From the sequence record NZ_CP140368.1: a DNA stretch of 38,066 nt; one strand, written 5' to 3'. The notes beneath the pieces are model-generated. The model saw only the letters and a program-made list of their open reading frames with translations. It did no database searches and was not told the DNA's origin. Of the stretch, positions 1 to 9,100 are shown piece after piece; positions within the stretch are counted from its first letter, which is position 1, and the number at the start of each line of letters is the position of its first letter. The DNA is from a plasmid. A program made the translations under genes and the position numbers.

Positions 1-217
1 AAATGACTTAGAATAGTTTGCCTTATAAGCATTTGCACATTCTGTGTCAGTTTGTGCAGAATTAGCATTTTTATCGCATTCTTTGATTTTAGCTTCTAAT
101 TCTGTAGCATTTTTTGGATCTTCGTAATATTGTACTGTTTTTGGCTCTGAAGAGCAAGCAGAAAAAACACCAGTAATAACTGCACCTAATAAAGCTAGTT
201 TGATTGTATTTTTCATT
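1..217 (-). CDS. Putative lipoprotein, partial; starts at 217 and runs off the window start
   Basis: On the minus strand the ATG at 217 gives MKNTIKLALLGAVITGVFSAC..., a signal peptide with an FSAC lipobox. The frame stays open to position 1. Not in the supplied ORF track because it is truncated by the window edge. Confidence 0.45.
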
Positions 218-323
218 TTTAATCCTTTTTTTGTATATTTATAGTAATTATAATACACTATTATTAACTAATAATATATAAAAAATATTTTTTATATATT
301 ATGATTACAAAGAGTAACTATTA

Positions 324-1550
324 TTATCTAGTTATCTCTTTTTCAGGTTGTGTTTTTTCCATAGATTTAAAAGATTTAAGCTTATTATGAAAATCAATGA
401 AATTTAATTGTTTTTTGACTTCATCAATCCCTTTATTTAAAAAAATATCATTGAAATCACTTATTCCTTGTTCTGCTTCTTGATTGCTGATTTTTGGAAT
501 AATAACTTTAATATCTGAAAATTTTTGTTGAATTTCTTTTGCAGTTTCCACTCCGACATTAGAAAGACCTTTCAATTCTCTTTTTTTATCATTATCGGCT
601 ATTAAGGTAATAGGAGTGTTTTGAAATTTGTTTTTTAGGGTTTCAACAATTTTCGATAAATTTCCAGCATCAACACCCATTATCACAGGCTTATTAAGTG
701 CCTTGTATATAGTTGCAGCAGTAGCAAAGCCTTCTGTTATAATAAATTCTTTGCAATGTTCCAAGCTTTTTGCACCTATTATATGAAAGCAACCTTGTTT
801 TTTTGCAAGATATTCTACGCCTTGATCTTTTTCTTCTTGAGTTTTAATGACTCCTATGATCTTATCTCCATTTGGAAATATTCTTTGCACAGACCATAAT
901 TTTCCATTCTCGTCTTTTAAAGGAATAAGCAAAGAACCCATTTTATCCTGTTTAAGATAAAAGTTTTCATCAAAGCCTTTTTTCTTTAAATAAGCGTGAT
1001 TAGAATTAGCCCATTTTGCATTATTATACTCATCTTCAAGTTTTAAAGCGGTTTTTTCTTGCAAAGTTAAAATCTCTTTTTCTCTAAGCTCTTGATCTTT
1101 TTTTATTTGCTCATGTAATTTTTGAGAATTTTTTATATTATTGCTTTGATTTTTTTCTATGGGCATTTTCCAATTTTCTTTAATGCCTGTTTTAAAATTT
1201 TGCACAAACCCTGCAGGATAATCGTCTAAAAAACCGCTATAGGCACCGCTTAATTCTCTACCTTTATCATTAGTAGTTTTTACTCTATGAATTTTACCAT
1301 CCATGATAGGTAAGCCTTCAATAATTAAACCTTGATTTTCTAAAGCAGATTTAAAAGCTGTTAAGACTTCATTTTCATCAAATGAAAATTCTTTTTTTTG
1401 GTGTGGATAAAGCCATTGTGAGAAAATATTTTTATCTAAGGTTTTTGGAGCAAACCATTTTTTTTCTTTATCATCCCACATTGCCCCTAATGATTTTGCT
1501 TTTTCTTTGTCTTTAAATGGAACATAAAGATAAATTCTTTTTTGAGGCAT
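324..1550 (-). CDS. Plasmid-type DNA primase (Toprim domain; TraC/Cpp17-like)
   Basis: A Toprim-like segment ITEGFATAATIYKALNKPVIMGVDAGNL...LIADND (acidic DxD). The N-terminal MPQKRIYLYVPFKDKEKAKSLGAMWDDKEKKWFAP is typical of the N-terminal domain of plasmid primases. A RBS-like sequence lies upstream. Confidence 0.65.
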   Translation of the reverse strand: MPQKRIYLYVPFKDKEKAKSLGAMWDDKEKKWFAPKTLDKNIFSQWLYPHQKKEFSFDENEVLTAFKSALENQGLIIEGLPIMDGKIHRVKTTNDKGRELSGAYSGFLDDYPAGFVQNFKTGIKENWKMPIEKNQSNNIKNSQKLHEQIKKDQELREKEILTLQEKTALKLEDEYNNAKWANSNHAYLKKKGFDENFYLKQDKMGSLLIPLKDENGKLWSVQRIFPNGDKIIGVIKTQEEKDQGVEYLAKKQGCFHIIGAKSLEHCKEFIITEGFATAATIYKALNKPVIMGVDAGNLSKIVETLKNKFQNTPITLIADNDKKRELKGLSNVGVETAKEIQQKFSDIKVIIPKISNQEAEQGISDFNDIFLNKGIDEVKKQLNFIDFHNKLKSFKSMEKTQPEKEITR

Positions 1551-1668
1551 TGTATATCCTTTTAACTTTGTTTAATGTTTTGTCAGTATAATTACAATGA
1601 AATTCAAAGGGCTTCCTAGTAGCCCACCTTTTAAATTCGAGGGACTCCTTGTGTCCCATTTTTTAATC

Positions 1669-2322
1669 TTAACAATATTCCAAAATTTTTTCGTTAAAAG
1701 TTTTAATTAAATCACTTAAGAAAAAATCTATTTTTTGCGGATCTACTCCTATATGTGTGTTTTTAATCTTTGTTGTTAATCTTGGGTAATGTTTGCCATT
1801 TTTTTCTGTTGTTTTTAAAATATTTTCCCAATGATAACTTCTATTTCTTAGATTTTGTAATAAGCTAAGAACAATATCAACTTTATGCGTATTTCTAAAG
1901 CGTAATTTTATGCCATTTTCAAAAAAGAAATTTCTATTGTATTGATTGTAGTTTCTAAAATTGATATTTTTTAAATCCATTATAGAGTTTTGTAATTTAT
2001 TTTCTTTGATGAGATGAATGATAGTTCCTAAACTTATACGAGAAAGATATTGATGATGAGATAAAATTCTATTTTTTTCCCTATGCTCAATTTCTTCTTT
2101 GGATTTTTTAATCTTTTCATCATTAGAGTTTTTTATCCAATCATTATCTTTCTCTGATAATTTATTATCTAATTTATTTCTAAGAATAATTTCTAATGTA
2201 GCAAGTTTTGGAGTAATTTTTCCAACACACTTAAGATTATCATAGTGCTTGACAATATTATTATCGTAAGAAGATAATCTTATTTGAGAAAATAGTTCAT
2301 TAAAATTTATTGTATTATTCAT
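1669..2322 (-). CDS. HEPN/Abi_2-like protein (Rx4H motif), possible abortive-infection or toxin component
   Basis: The translation contains NLRNRSYHWENIL, i.e. an R-x4-H motif in the context seen in Abi_2/HEPN RNases (RN..AHH..LW-like). The protein is shorter than classical AbiD/AbiF. Motif-only assignment. Confidence 0.4.
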   Translation of the reverse strand: MNNTINFNELFSQIRLSSYDNNIVKHYDNLKCVGKITPKLATLEIILRNKLDNKLSEKDNDWIKNSNDEKIKKSKEEIEHREKNRILSHHQYLSRISLGTIIHLIKENKLQNSIMDLKNINFRNYNQYNRNFFFENGIKLRFRNTHKVDIVLSLLQNLRNRSYHWENILKTTEKNGKHYPRLTTKIKNTHIGVDPQKIDFFLSDLIKTFNEKILEYC

Positions 2323-2325
2323 TTT

Positions 2326-2937
2326 TTACCTTGATCGAGAATATGTTTTTTCGTTGCTAATTTCTCTATCTGGTAAAATTTTATTTAGTTTTTTTTTGAA
2401 AAATTCATTCATTTTTTCTTTAAAAAATGAACTTTTATTAATTTGCTTTTTTTCAAATTTTTCTCTAGTTTCAGAATAAGAATTTGCAAATTCTAATATC
2501 ATTACACCAACATCTTTATTGGCTACTTCTGATAAATTTTTTATTGCTTTAAAAGTTCCATCTAACATTTCATCATATATTTTTGGTTTATAAATTCCAA
2601 GTCGATTATTGAGATCTTTTTTTATTTCAGGGTTTATATTTTCTTTAATTAATTTGGAACTACCAATATTAATTAAATGTTCAATACCTTTTTGAAAATT
2701 TTTATCTCCAAGTCTTATATTTAATGGTATTTTTTCTTTATCAGTAATGATATCAAATTTAATATATTGATTTGAAAAATCTTTTTTTAGTAAGCTTTCT
2801 GCAACATCAAAAGTTTTTATTGTATTAAAAAATTTATTTACATCTTCACCTTCATAAGTTCCTTCTTGTATAGCTTCTTTATATTGCTCATTAAGTTCAC
2901 TTACATCTGTTACTTTTATTTTGTAATCTTTTTCCAT
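2326..2937 (-). CDS. Hypothetical protein (203 aa), in the leading region next to oriT
   Basis: Long ORF in AT-rich DNA, tightly packed with its neighbours (4-nt gap to the downstream gene). Lys/Glu-rich, no recognisable motif. Confidence 0.5.
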   Translation of the reverse strand: MEKDYKIKVTDVSELNEQYKEAIQEGTYEGEDVNKFFNTIKTFDVAESLLKKDFSNQYIKFDIITDKEKIPLNIRLGDKNFQKGIEHLINIGSSKLIKENINPEIKKDLNNRLGIYKPKIYDEMLDGTFKAIKNLSEVANKDVGVMILEFANSYSETREKFEKKQINKSSFFKEKMNEFFKKKLNKILPDREISNEKTYSRSR

Positions 2938-2965
2938 TTTTATTCTCCTATGATAAATTTTTGTT

Positions 2966-3247
2966 TTATTGTTTTTTTGCAGTATCTATTTTATCGTTTC
3001 TATGATTAAAATCATATAAGTTATTTATTTTATCTAAGATATTTTTAGTGTTTTTGCAATCAAACTTTTCTACCAATAAATTAAATTCATTTTTAAAATC
3101 TTCATTTATTTCAAAATCTTTAAATAGTGCCGATGAAAGTTTTTTATATATACGCTCTTTATTTTCTTTTTCTTTTTGGCGTAATTTTTTTAATTTTTCA
3201 TCATACTCACGCTTTAATTCTTCTATCAATTTGCTTTCTTTAAGCAT
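2966..3247 (-). CDS. Hypothetical small coiled-coil protein (93 aa) adjacent to oriT
   Basis: Charged, heptad-like ORF directly flanking the candidate nick region. It could be a relaxosome accessory or an early leading-region gene. Confidence 0.4.
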   Translation of the reverse strand: MLKESKLIEELKREYDEKLKKLRQKEKENKERIYKKLSSALFKDFEINEDFKNEFNLLVEKFDCKNTKNILDKINNLYDFNHRNDKIDTAKKQ

Positions 3248-3317
3248 AACATCTCCTTTGTAATATTTATGTAAATGTATTATCGCAAAGTAGTCTTAAT
3301 GTTTTATAAAGCTTAAT

Positions 3318-3410
3318 AATGTAGAATAGCGATTAATCGAAATAATTTAATGATTGCAGGATAGCCTTTTATTTCTCAAAAAGTTACCTTTTTAAAAAAT
3401 AAAAGGCAAA
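3318..3410 (-). promoter_or_regulatory. oriT: Candidate oriT with a MobP-type nick motif TATCCTG|C on the minus strand, a 9-bp IR just 5' of it and a downstream palindrome
   Basis: The plus strand reads ...aatgattGCAGGATAgcc... at 3353-3363, which is the reverse complement of TATCCTGC (RP4/MobP nic consensus YATCCTG|Y). A perfect 9-bp IR gccttttat (3364-3372) / ataaaaggc (3399-3407) sits immediately 5' of the motif on the minus strand. The 10-bp palindrome cgattaatcg is at 3321-3330. The region lies directly upstream of mobC and the relaxase gene. Confidence 0.5.
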
Positions 3411-3434
3411 AACTCTGCGAGGCTCACTAAGGAA

Positions 3435-3992
3435 GTGCAAATGAATAAAAACAATAATTGCGTCATAAAAGTTAGCAAAGATGATAAAATAATTTTAGAG
3501 TATATAAAATCAGAAACAAACGCATCATATAGTAAAATAATATCTATTTTATTAAAAAAGTTTAATTCTTGTGATACAGATGAGAAGAATAAAATCAATG
3601 ATGAAATATCTAAAAATAAATTTTATACAAGTGATGAAAATAAAATAATCAAACTAAAACTTACAGAAAATGAAGTAAATATTTTAAAAGAAATTTCTAA
3701 AAATACAGGATTTTCAAGTATTACAAAACAAGCAAAATTTTTGCTATTAAACTCCATAAAAAATGAAAAACTTTTTACTAATATAGAAATAGATGAGTTT
3801 ATAAAAACAAGAACAGAAATCAATGCAATAGGTAAAAATATATATCAATTATTGAAGATTCTTAGAAGTGGAAATTCTGTCAAAATAAATGAAAATAATT
3901 TAAATAAAACTATGGATAATATTAGAGATAAAATTGATATATTATCCGATCAGCTTGGGGCTATAATAGAAAAAAATAATGAAAGAATTTAA
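3435..3992 (+). CDS. mobC: Relaxosome accessory protein (MobC-like), first gene of the mob operon
   Basis: Its stop overlaps the relaxase start (TAATG at 3990-3994). A RBS ggaag lies before its own ATG. Position and size are typical of MobC/TraJ-like accessories. No strong motif. Confidence 0.45.
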   Translation: MQMNKNNNCVIKVSKDDKIILEYIKSETNASYSKIISILLKKFNSCDTDEKNKINDEISKNKFYTSDENKIIKLKLTENEVNILKEISKNTGFSSITKQAKFLLLNSIKNEKLFTNIEIDEFIKTRTEINAIGKNIYQLLKILRSGNSVKINENNLNKTMDNIRDKIDILSDQLGAIIEKNNERI

Positions 3993-5380
3993 TGTCGCGT
4001 AGTATAAGAATATTTGATGATGAAATAATTGCTAAAAAAGTTTTTACTAAAATAGAAAATGCTTCAAAGCTACCACTAAATTACATCAATAAAAATAAAG
4101 ATAAATACACCAAAGATATAAAAACAGGTAAGCTTGTTAGTAAAAATATGTTTAGAAAAAATACAGAAGTCGTTGTAAAAATTACTTCAGGTTCTAAAAA
4201 TTCTCAAGCACTTTCAAAACATCTTGATTATATTTCTCGTGATGGAAATGTAGAATTAATTACAAACGATTTTGATATATATGCTGGAGAAGATGAGATT
4301 TTAGAAGTTAAAAGAATTTTCAAAAATGAAGGATCTCCTATTCCATTATATAAGGAAGGTGCTAAAGAAAAAAGACATACCATTAATATGGTTTTTTCCA
4401 TGAAAGAACATTCTACAACACCAAAAGAAAAATTACAACAAGCTGTAATTACTACTTTAAAAAGAATGTATCCAAATAATTTTTTTGTAGTTGCTTTTCA
4501 TAATGATACTGATAATCCGCATTGCCATGTTTGCTTGAAAGTTGCGGATAAAAATGGCAAAAGAATTAATCCAAAAAAAGCAGATTTAGCAAATTTAAGA
4601 GCAGAATTTGCAAATGCATTAAATGAGTTGGGAATTGAAGCAAAGGCTACAAATAAAAAGCAAAGAGAAGTAGAAATAAATCAAGAATTTTCAGTTAAAT
4701 TAAATACAAATAATGAGATTAATCAAGCACCAAAAATAAAAATGCATTATTATCAAGTTATGGATTTCGGAGAAGCAAACTATCAATTTAGCACAGATAA
4801 AAATGCCAAAAAAAGTTATTATGTGAGTTATAAAACCAAAAAAGGAATAACTACAATTTGGGGACAAGATTTAGAAAGGGTTGTGAGAGAAAATAAAGTT
4901 TTAAGGGGTGAATATGCAAGATTTAAAATAGTAGGGCAAGAAGAATATGAGATAAAAAGAAAGGCAAAAATTAATAACAAATGGCAAGAAGTTATTAAAA
5001 CACTTAAAAAACCTATTTGGGAAGTATCAGTAATAGGTAGAGAGAAAGATTTAAAACAGATCAACAAAGCCAAAACAACAAAAAAATATAAAATTATACA
5101 AGATAAAGGAGTGAATAATGAGAGAGATTATACAAAACAATATAGACAGAGAGTCTTACAAGAGCTCGGTAATAAATCAACTATCCGAAGAGAAACTGCC
5201 CAAGAAAGAAACTCTATGCGAATATTGTCCAAACAGCCTATGGTTCATAACACAAAACGAACTCAAATGCTTTTGCACATCAATGCACTCAATCAGTTAC
5301 AACAAGGAAAACGAGGACGAACCGATAATAGCTTGCGATGGACAAGTGCTAGGAATAACGAGATTACAAGAAATGGATAA
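3992..5380 (+). CDS. MobP-family relaxase (VirD2/MobA-like nickase)
   Basis: HUH 3-His motif HNDTDNPHCHVCL (nt about 4494-4535). The N-terminal region (GSKNSQALSKHLDYISRDG) fits the relaxase motif-I region. It follows mobC. The C-terminal roughly 90 aa is low-complexity and Arg-rich. Confidence 0.8.
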   Translation: MSRSIRIFDDEIIAKKVFTKIENASKLPLNYINKNKDKYTKDIKTGKLVSKNMFRKNTEVVVKITSGSKNSQALSKHLDYISRDGNVELITNDFDIYAGEDEILEVKRIFKNEGSPIPLYKEGAKEKRHTINMVFSMKEHSTTPKEKLQQAVITTLKRMYPNNFFVVAFHNDTDNPHCHVCLKVADKNGKRINPKKADLANLRAEFANALNELGIEAKATNKKQREVEINQEFSVKLNTNNEINQAPKIKMHYYQVMDFGEANYQFSTDKNAKKSYYVSYKTKKGITTIWGQDLERVVRENKVLRGEYARFKIVGQEEYEIKRKAKINNKWQEVIKTLKKPIWEVSVIGREKDLKQINKAKTTKKYKIIQDKGVNNERDYTKQYRQRVLQELGNKSTIRRETAQERNSMRILSKQPMVHNTKRTQMLLHINALNQLQQGKRGRTDNSLRWTSARNNEITRNG

Positions 5381-5405
5381 TTTATAAAAGAAAGGGAAAA
5401 ATGTA

Positions 5406-6110
5406 ATGAAACAAGAAATTTATACGAGTAAATTTTATATTTCTAAAAGAAATGGAAAGGAGGTTTGTTTTAAATTGGATTTTGAAATAAAAGCATTTGA
5501 AGAAAATCAAAAATTTTATTATGTTGAAATATATGCAATTATAGACTATCAATATTTGAAAAATGAAATAGCTGTTATTCCAAATACTAATAAAAATAGA
5601 AACCATTGGATATTGCGATATGATTTTAATAGTTGGAATTTTCATTCCTCTATAATGCTACATTCGGATTATAGATCTTTAGGGATAGGAACATTCGTGA
5701 TAAATAAAATGCTAGAAATTGCTTTAAATTATATACCAACAGCAAGACTTAGTGGCAAATTAAGTGCAGTTGATGAAGTAAAATTAGAAAATCATATAAG
5801 AAGGGATAAGTTGTATAAAAATTTAGGTTTTGTATTTAATGAAAATAATATAGGTTTTAGTATAAATAGCATTAGTAATTTAAAAATAAGAAAAGATTTT
5901 GATTATATTCAAGAAGTTCGTATTTTTGATATGTGTAATCAATTAGCAGAATTACAATATCTAAAAGCAGGCAATGATAAGTTATTAAAAATTTATAAAG
6001 AAGATTTCTATAAAGAAAAAAGCAAGAATGATACCCTTCGTGCAAGAATTAAGCTTATGTCTTTTGTTTTGATAGCATTGGCTGTTTGGATTGTTTATTT
6101 ATTAAAGTAA
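5406..6110 (+). CDS. GNAT-family acetyltransferase-like protein with a C-terminal transmembrane anchor
   Basis: GNAT motif A-like HSDYRSLGIGTFVINKMLEIAL and motif B-like YKNLGFVF. The C-terminus LMSFVLIALAVWIVYLLK is a predicted TM helix. A RBS AAGGGA lies 10 nt upstream. Confidence 0.5.
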   Translation: MKQEIYTSKFYISKRNGKEVCFKLDFEIKAFEENQKFYYVEIYAIIDYQYLKNEIAVIPNTNKNRNHWILRYDFNSWNFHSSIMLHSDYRSLGIGTFVINKMLEIALNYIPTARLSGKLSAVDEVKLENHIRRDKLYKNLGFVFNENNIGFSINSISNLKIRKDFDYIQEVRIFDMCNQLAELQYLKAGNDKLLKIYKEDFYKEKSKNDTLRARIKLMSFVLIALAVWIVYLLK

Positions 6111-6131
6111 AAGGCAATTGCCTTTTACTAA

Positions 6132-9100
6132 TTATATTTCAATATCATATTCTTTCTGAATATTATTGTTTTTATTTAAATCTTCTAAAATCTTTGCAGA
6201 TTTTGGCACAAAATCACTTTTGTAGTTTTTTTGCTTACTCATTTTTTCTATTTCATCCATGATAATGCGATTGTCTTCTCTTAATGCCTCTAAATAGTCC
6301 TTTCTTTTGTATTTTGGAGTGTTATCCCCTGTAATGCTTTTTAGCTCCACAATTTCTTTTTCAAGATTTTCTATCTTATTTTTATTGAGTTGAGTAAATT
6401 TTTCTAAGTCATTATAAAAATTGTTTAATCTCTTTACAAAACCACCAAAATTTACATAACTTTCCAATTTAAAAAAGGTTTTTTCATCTCTTTTATAAAT
6501 CAAATTTTCAGGCTCAATTATTGTTTTACCATCAGTAGTACTCACATAAAAATTAAGAGTGTTTAAATCTGTTCTTTCTCCGCTTATAAGCAGTCCTTTA
6601 AACTCTAAAACCTTATATTCTTTTTGATAGTCATCAGCTATTGTTTTAACAATCTTTTCAAAATTTCTTTCAAGTTCTGCTTGTCTGCTTTTGTTTAGAT
6701 CACTCGTATCATTTTTAAAGACAATGAAATCTTTTTCATCATCATTAATGTAATACTTTCCTTGAAAATGCTCGCTATTGTTTTCTTTGATGATTGAATT
6801 TAAAATTTCCATTTTAGCTATATCTTTTTTTAGTAGTTCAATCTTTGAAAGATTAGTTATAAGACTTTCTTCATTATTGTGTATTTGTCTTTTATAACCA
6901 CTATAAAGCATTTCTTCTTGTCTTAGATCACTATTTAATTGCACCTGTAGTAAAATGAGTGGATTGCCTGTTGCTTCTGCTTTCATTTCTGCAGCATCGG
7001 CTGCACCACTTGTAACATCTTCTAAGGTTCTTACATCAGCACCAGCTTTTCTAAATTGTTCTATGGATCTTGCTTTGCTTTCAATGACTTGCCACATTCT
7101 AGCATCATAGGTTCTTTCAGTTGCATATCTGAATTCTTTTACTCTAAAGTTTTGTGGATCTCTCATAAAGAGTTCATTGCCTTGTCTTATAACCCTACCG
7201 CTTCTTTGTTCTAAATCGCTCGGACGCCAAGGGCAATCTAAATGGTGTAAGGCTACAATTCTTTTTTGCACATTTGTTCCAGCACCCATTTTTTGCGTTG
7301 ATCCAATTAAAATTCTAGCTTTTCCTGAGTTCATATCTGCAAAAAGCTGTCCTTTTTGTAAGTCTGTTTTTGCATCGTGAATGAAACGAATTTCATTTTG
7401 TGGAATACCTTTTGCGACAAGTTTTTTTAAGATATCAGTATATACATCAAATTTTGCTTGTTCTGCTAAGAGTTCATCAAGGCTTTTGCTATTCTCTTCT
7501 TCTGTTTGTTCTATTGTTTCATTAATATTGACAAATTCTTCTTTATTTAAATTTGGTGTAGCAATATTGCCATTTAGAGCAACTTTTTGTGAGTGTTGTT
7601 TTGGAGTGGATAAATCACAAAATATTAATTGTGTGCCTTTATCATCATTCCAAGCATTATACTCATTAAAAACATTTTCAATAAGCTTATTAATTTTAGA
7701 ATTTGCATAATCATCACAATGTGGATTAATAAGTCTAAAATCAAGTCCAGCTTTTCTAGCATCTGTGGTACAAGCAAGTAAGTTATTTCTAGTAATATCA
7801 TCTTGTTGATGCTCCATTCTCCACACAATAGAGCCTTCATTCCATCTTCCATTTTCATCTTGAATGCCTATAAATTCTGCTATTTCTTTACTTCTAGGAG
7901 CAACGATATTAATAGGTTTGTCATTGTAAAGCTTTGGCACGAAATCTTTTTGATATTTCATAATATCATTATTTGTTACAATATCAGCCACACTTTTATA
8001 CATGGTAGAAAGTTCAGGAACATTTTTGAATTTGTTAAATCTTGCAACGATTTTATAATTTATTCCAGAACTATCAAGCTCCCAAGCGTTTGTAACTTCT
8101 CCAAAAGTAGAAGCCCAAGAATCAAAAGCTTGTATCCCTTTTTCTTTTAAGATATTTGGTTGTATGTATCTTTGCAAAGTATAAAGCTCTGTAATTGAAT
8201 TGCTTATAGGCGTTCCTGTTAAAAAATAGAGTTTTTTATTTTGCTCGTGAATATATTGTGTTTTAGAATAAAGATCATAGGCTTTTTGTGAGCCTTTTAA
8301 ATTGCCAAGACCACTTATATCACCCATTGAAGTTGTAATGAGTAAATTTTTAAACTCATGTGCTTCATCAATAATTAATGCATCAATTCCTAATTCTGAA
8401 AAATCTATCGCTTTAGATTTTTTATGTGTAGTTTGCAAATCACTCAATTTCACCTTAAAATTTTCAATGCGTTTTTCTAAGTCTTTTACAGAATATCGCA
8501 TAACATTATCATCGTTTCGTTTTTTTTCTAATGTTTGTTCTAAGATATTAATATCTTCTTCATATTGTTTTTTGATAACTTCATAAGGTGCGGGGATTAA
8601 TTTAAATTGCGAGTGTGTCATAATGATGGCATCAAAATTATTTGTTGTAATTTTGGAAAAAAACTTTTCTCTATTATCTTTTTTTAAATCATCATTTGTA
8701 GCAACTAAAATGTTTGCATTTGTATAGGCGTGATAAAACTCATCATTCCATTGTCTTGCTAAATGATTAGGGACTACAATTAAGGGTTTATTTAAAAGCC
8801 CCATTCTTTTTTGCTCCATCACAGAGCAAATTGCCACTAAAGTTTTTCCAGCACCTACTTGATGATCAAAAATAATACTATTTTCTTGAATAGCCCTATA
8901 TATAGCATTTTTTTGGTGTTTTTTGAGTTTGATATTGGCATTGAAATTTGGAAGTTCTAAATGCTCTCCATTGTATCGTGGTTCTATATTTGTATTAAAC
9001 CTTTCATTATAGATATTTTCCAAATCTGTGCGTCTATCATAGTCTTTATAAATCCATTCTATAAATTCATTTTTTAAATTTTCTAATTTAGAATTAGCGA

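Noticed and set aside
3048..3823. Small ORFs 3048..3263(+), 3392..3598(-) and 3623..3823(-)
   Set aside because: They are antisense to, or overlap, the better-supported 93-aa gene, the oriT region and mobC. Their translations are Phe/Ser/Leu-rich nonsense.
4828..5073. 81-aa minus-strand ORF inside the relaxase gene and 5382..5645(-) inside the GNAT gene
   Set aside because: Antisense to well-supported genes, with hydrophobic low-complexity translations and no RBS.
7177..8586. Cluster of plus-strand ORFs (67-115 aa) antisense to the giant MTase-helicase gene
   Set aside because: Low-complexity, Phe/Ser/Cys-rich translations that are typical of antisense frames of an AT-rich coding region. 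They have no RBS and lie entirely inside a well-supported gene.
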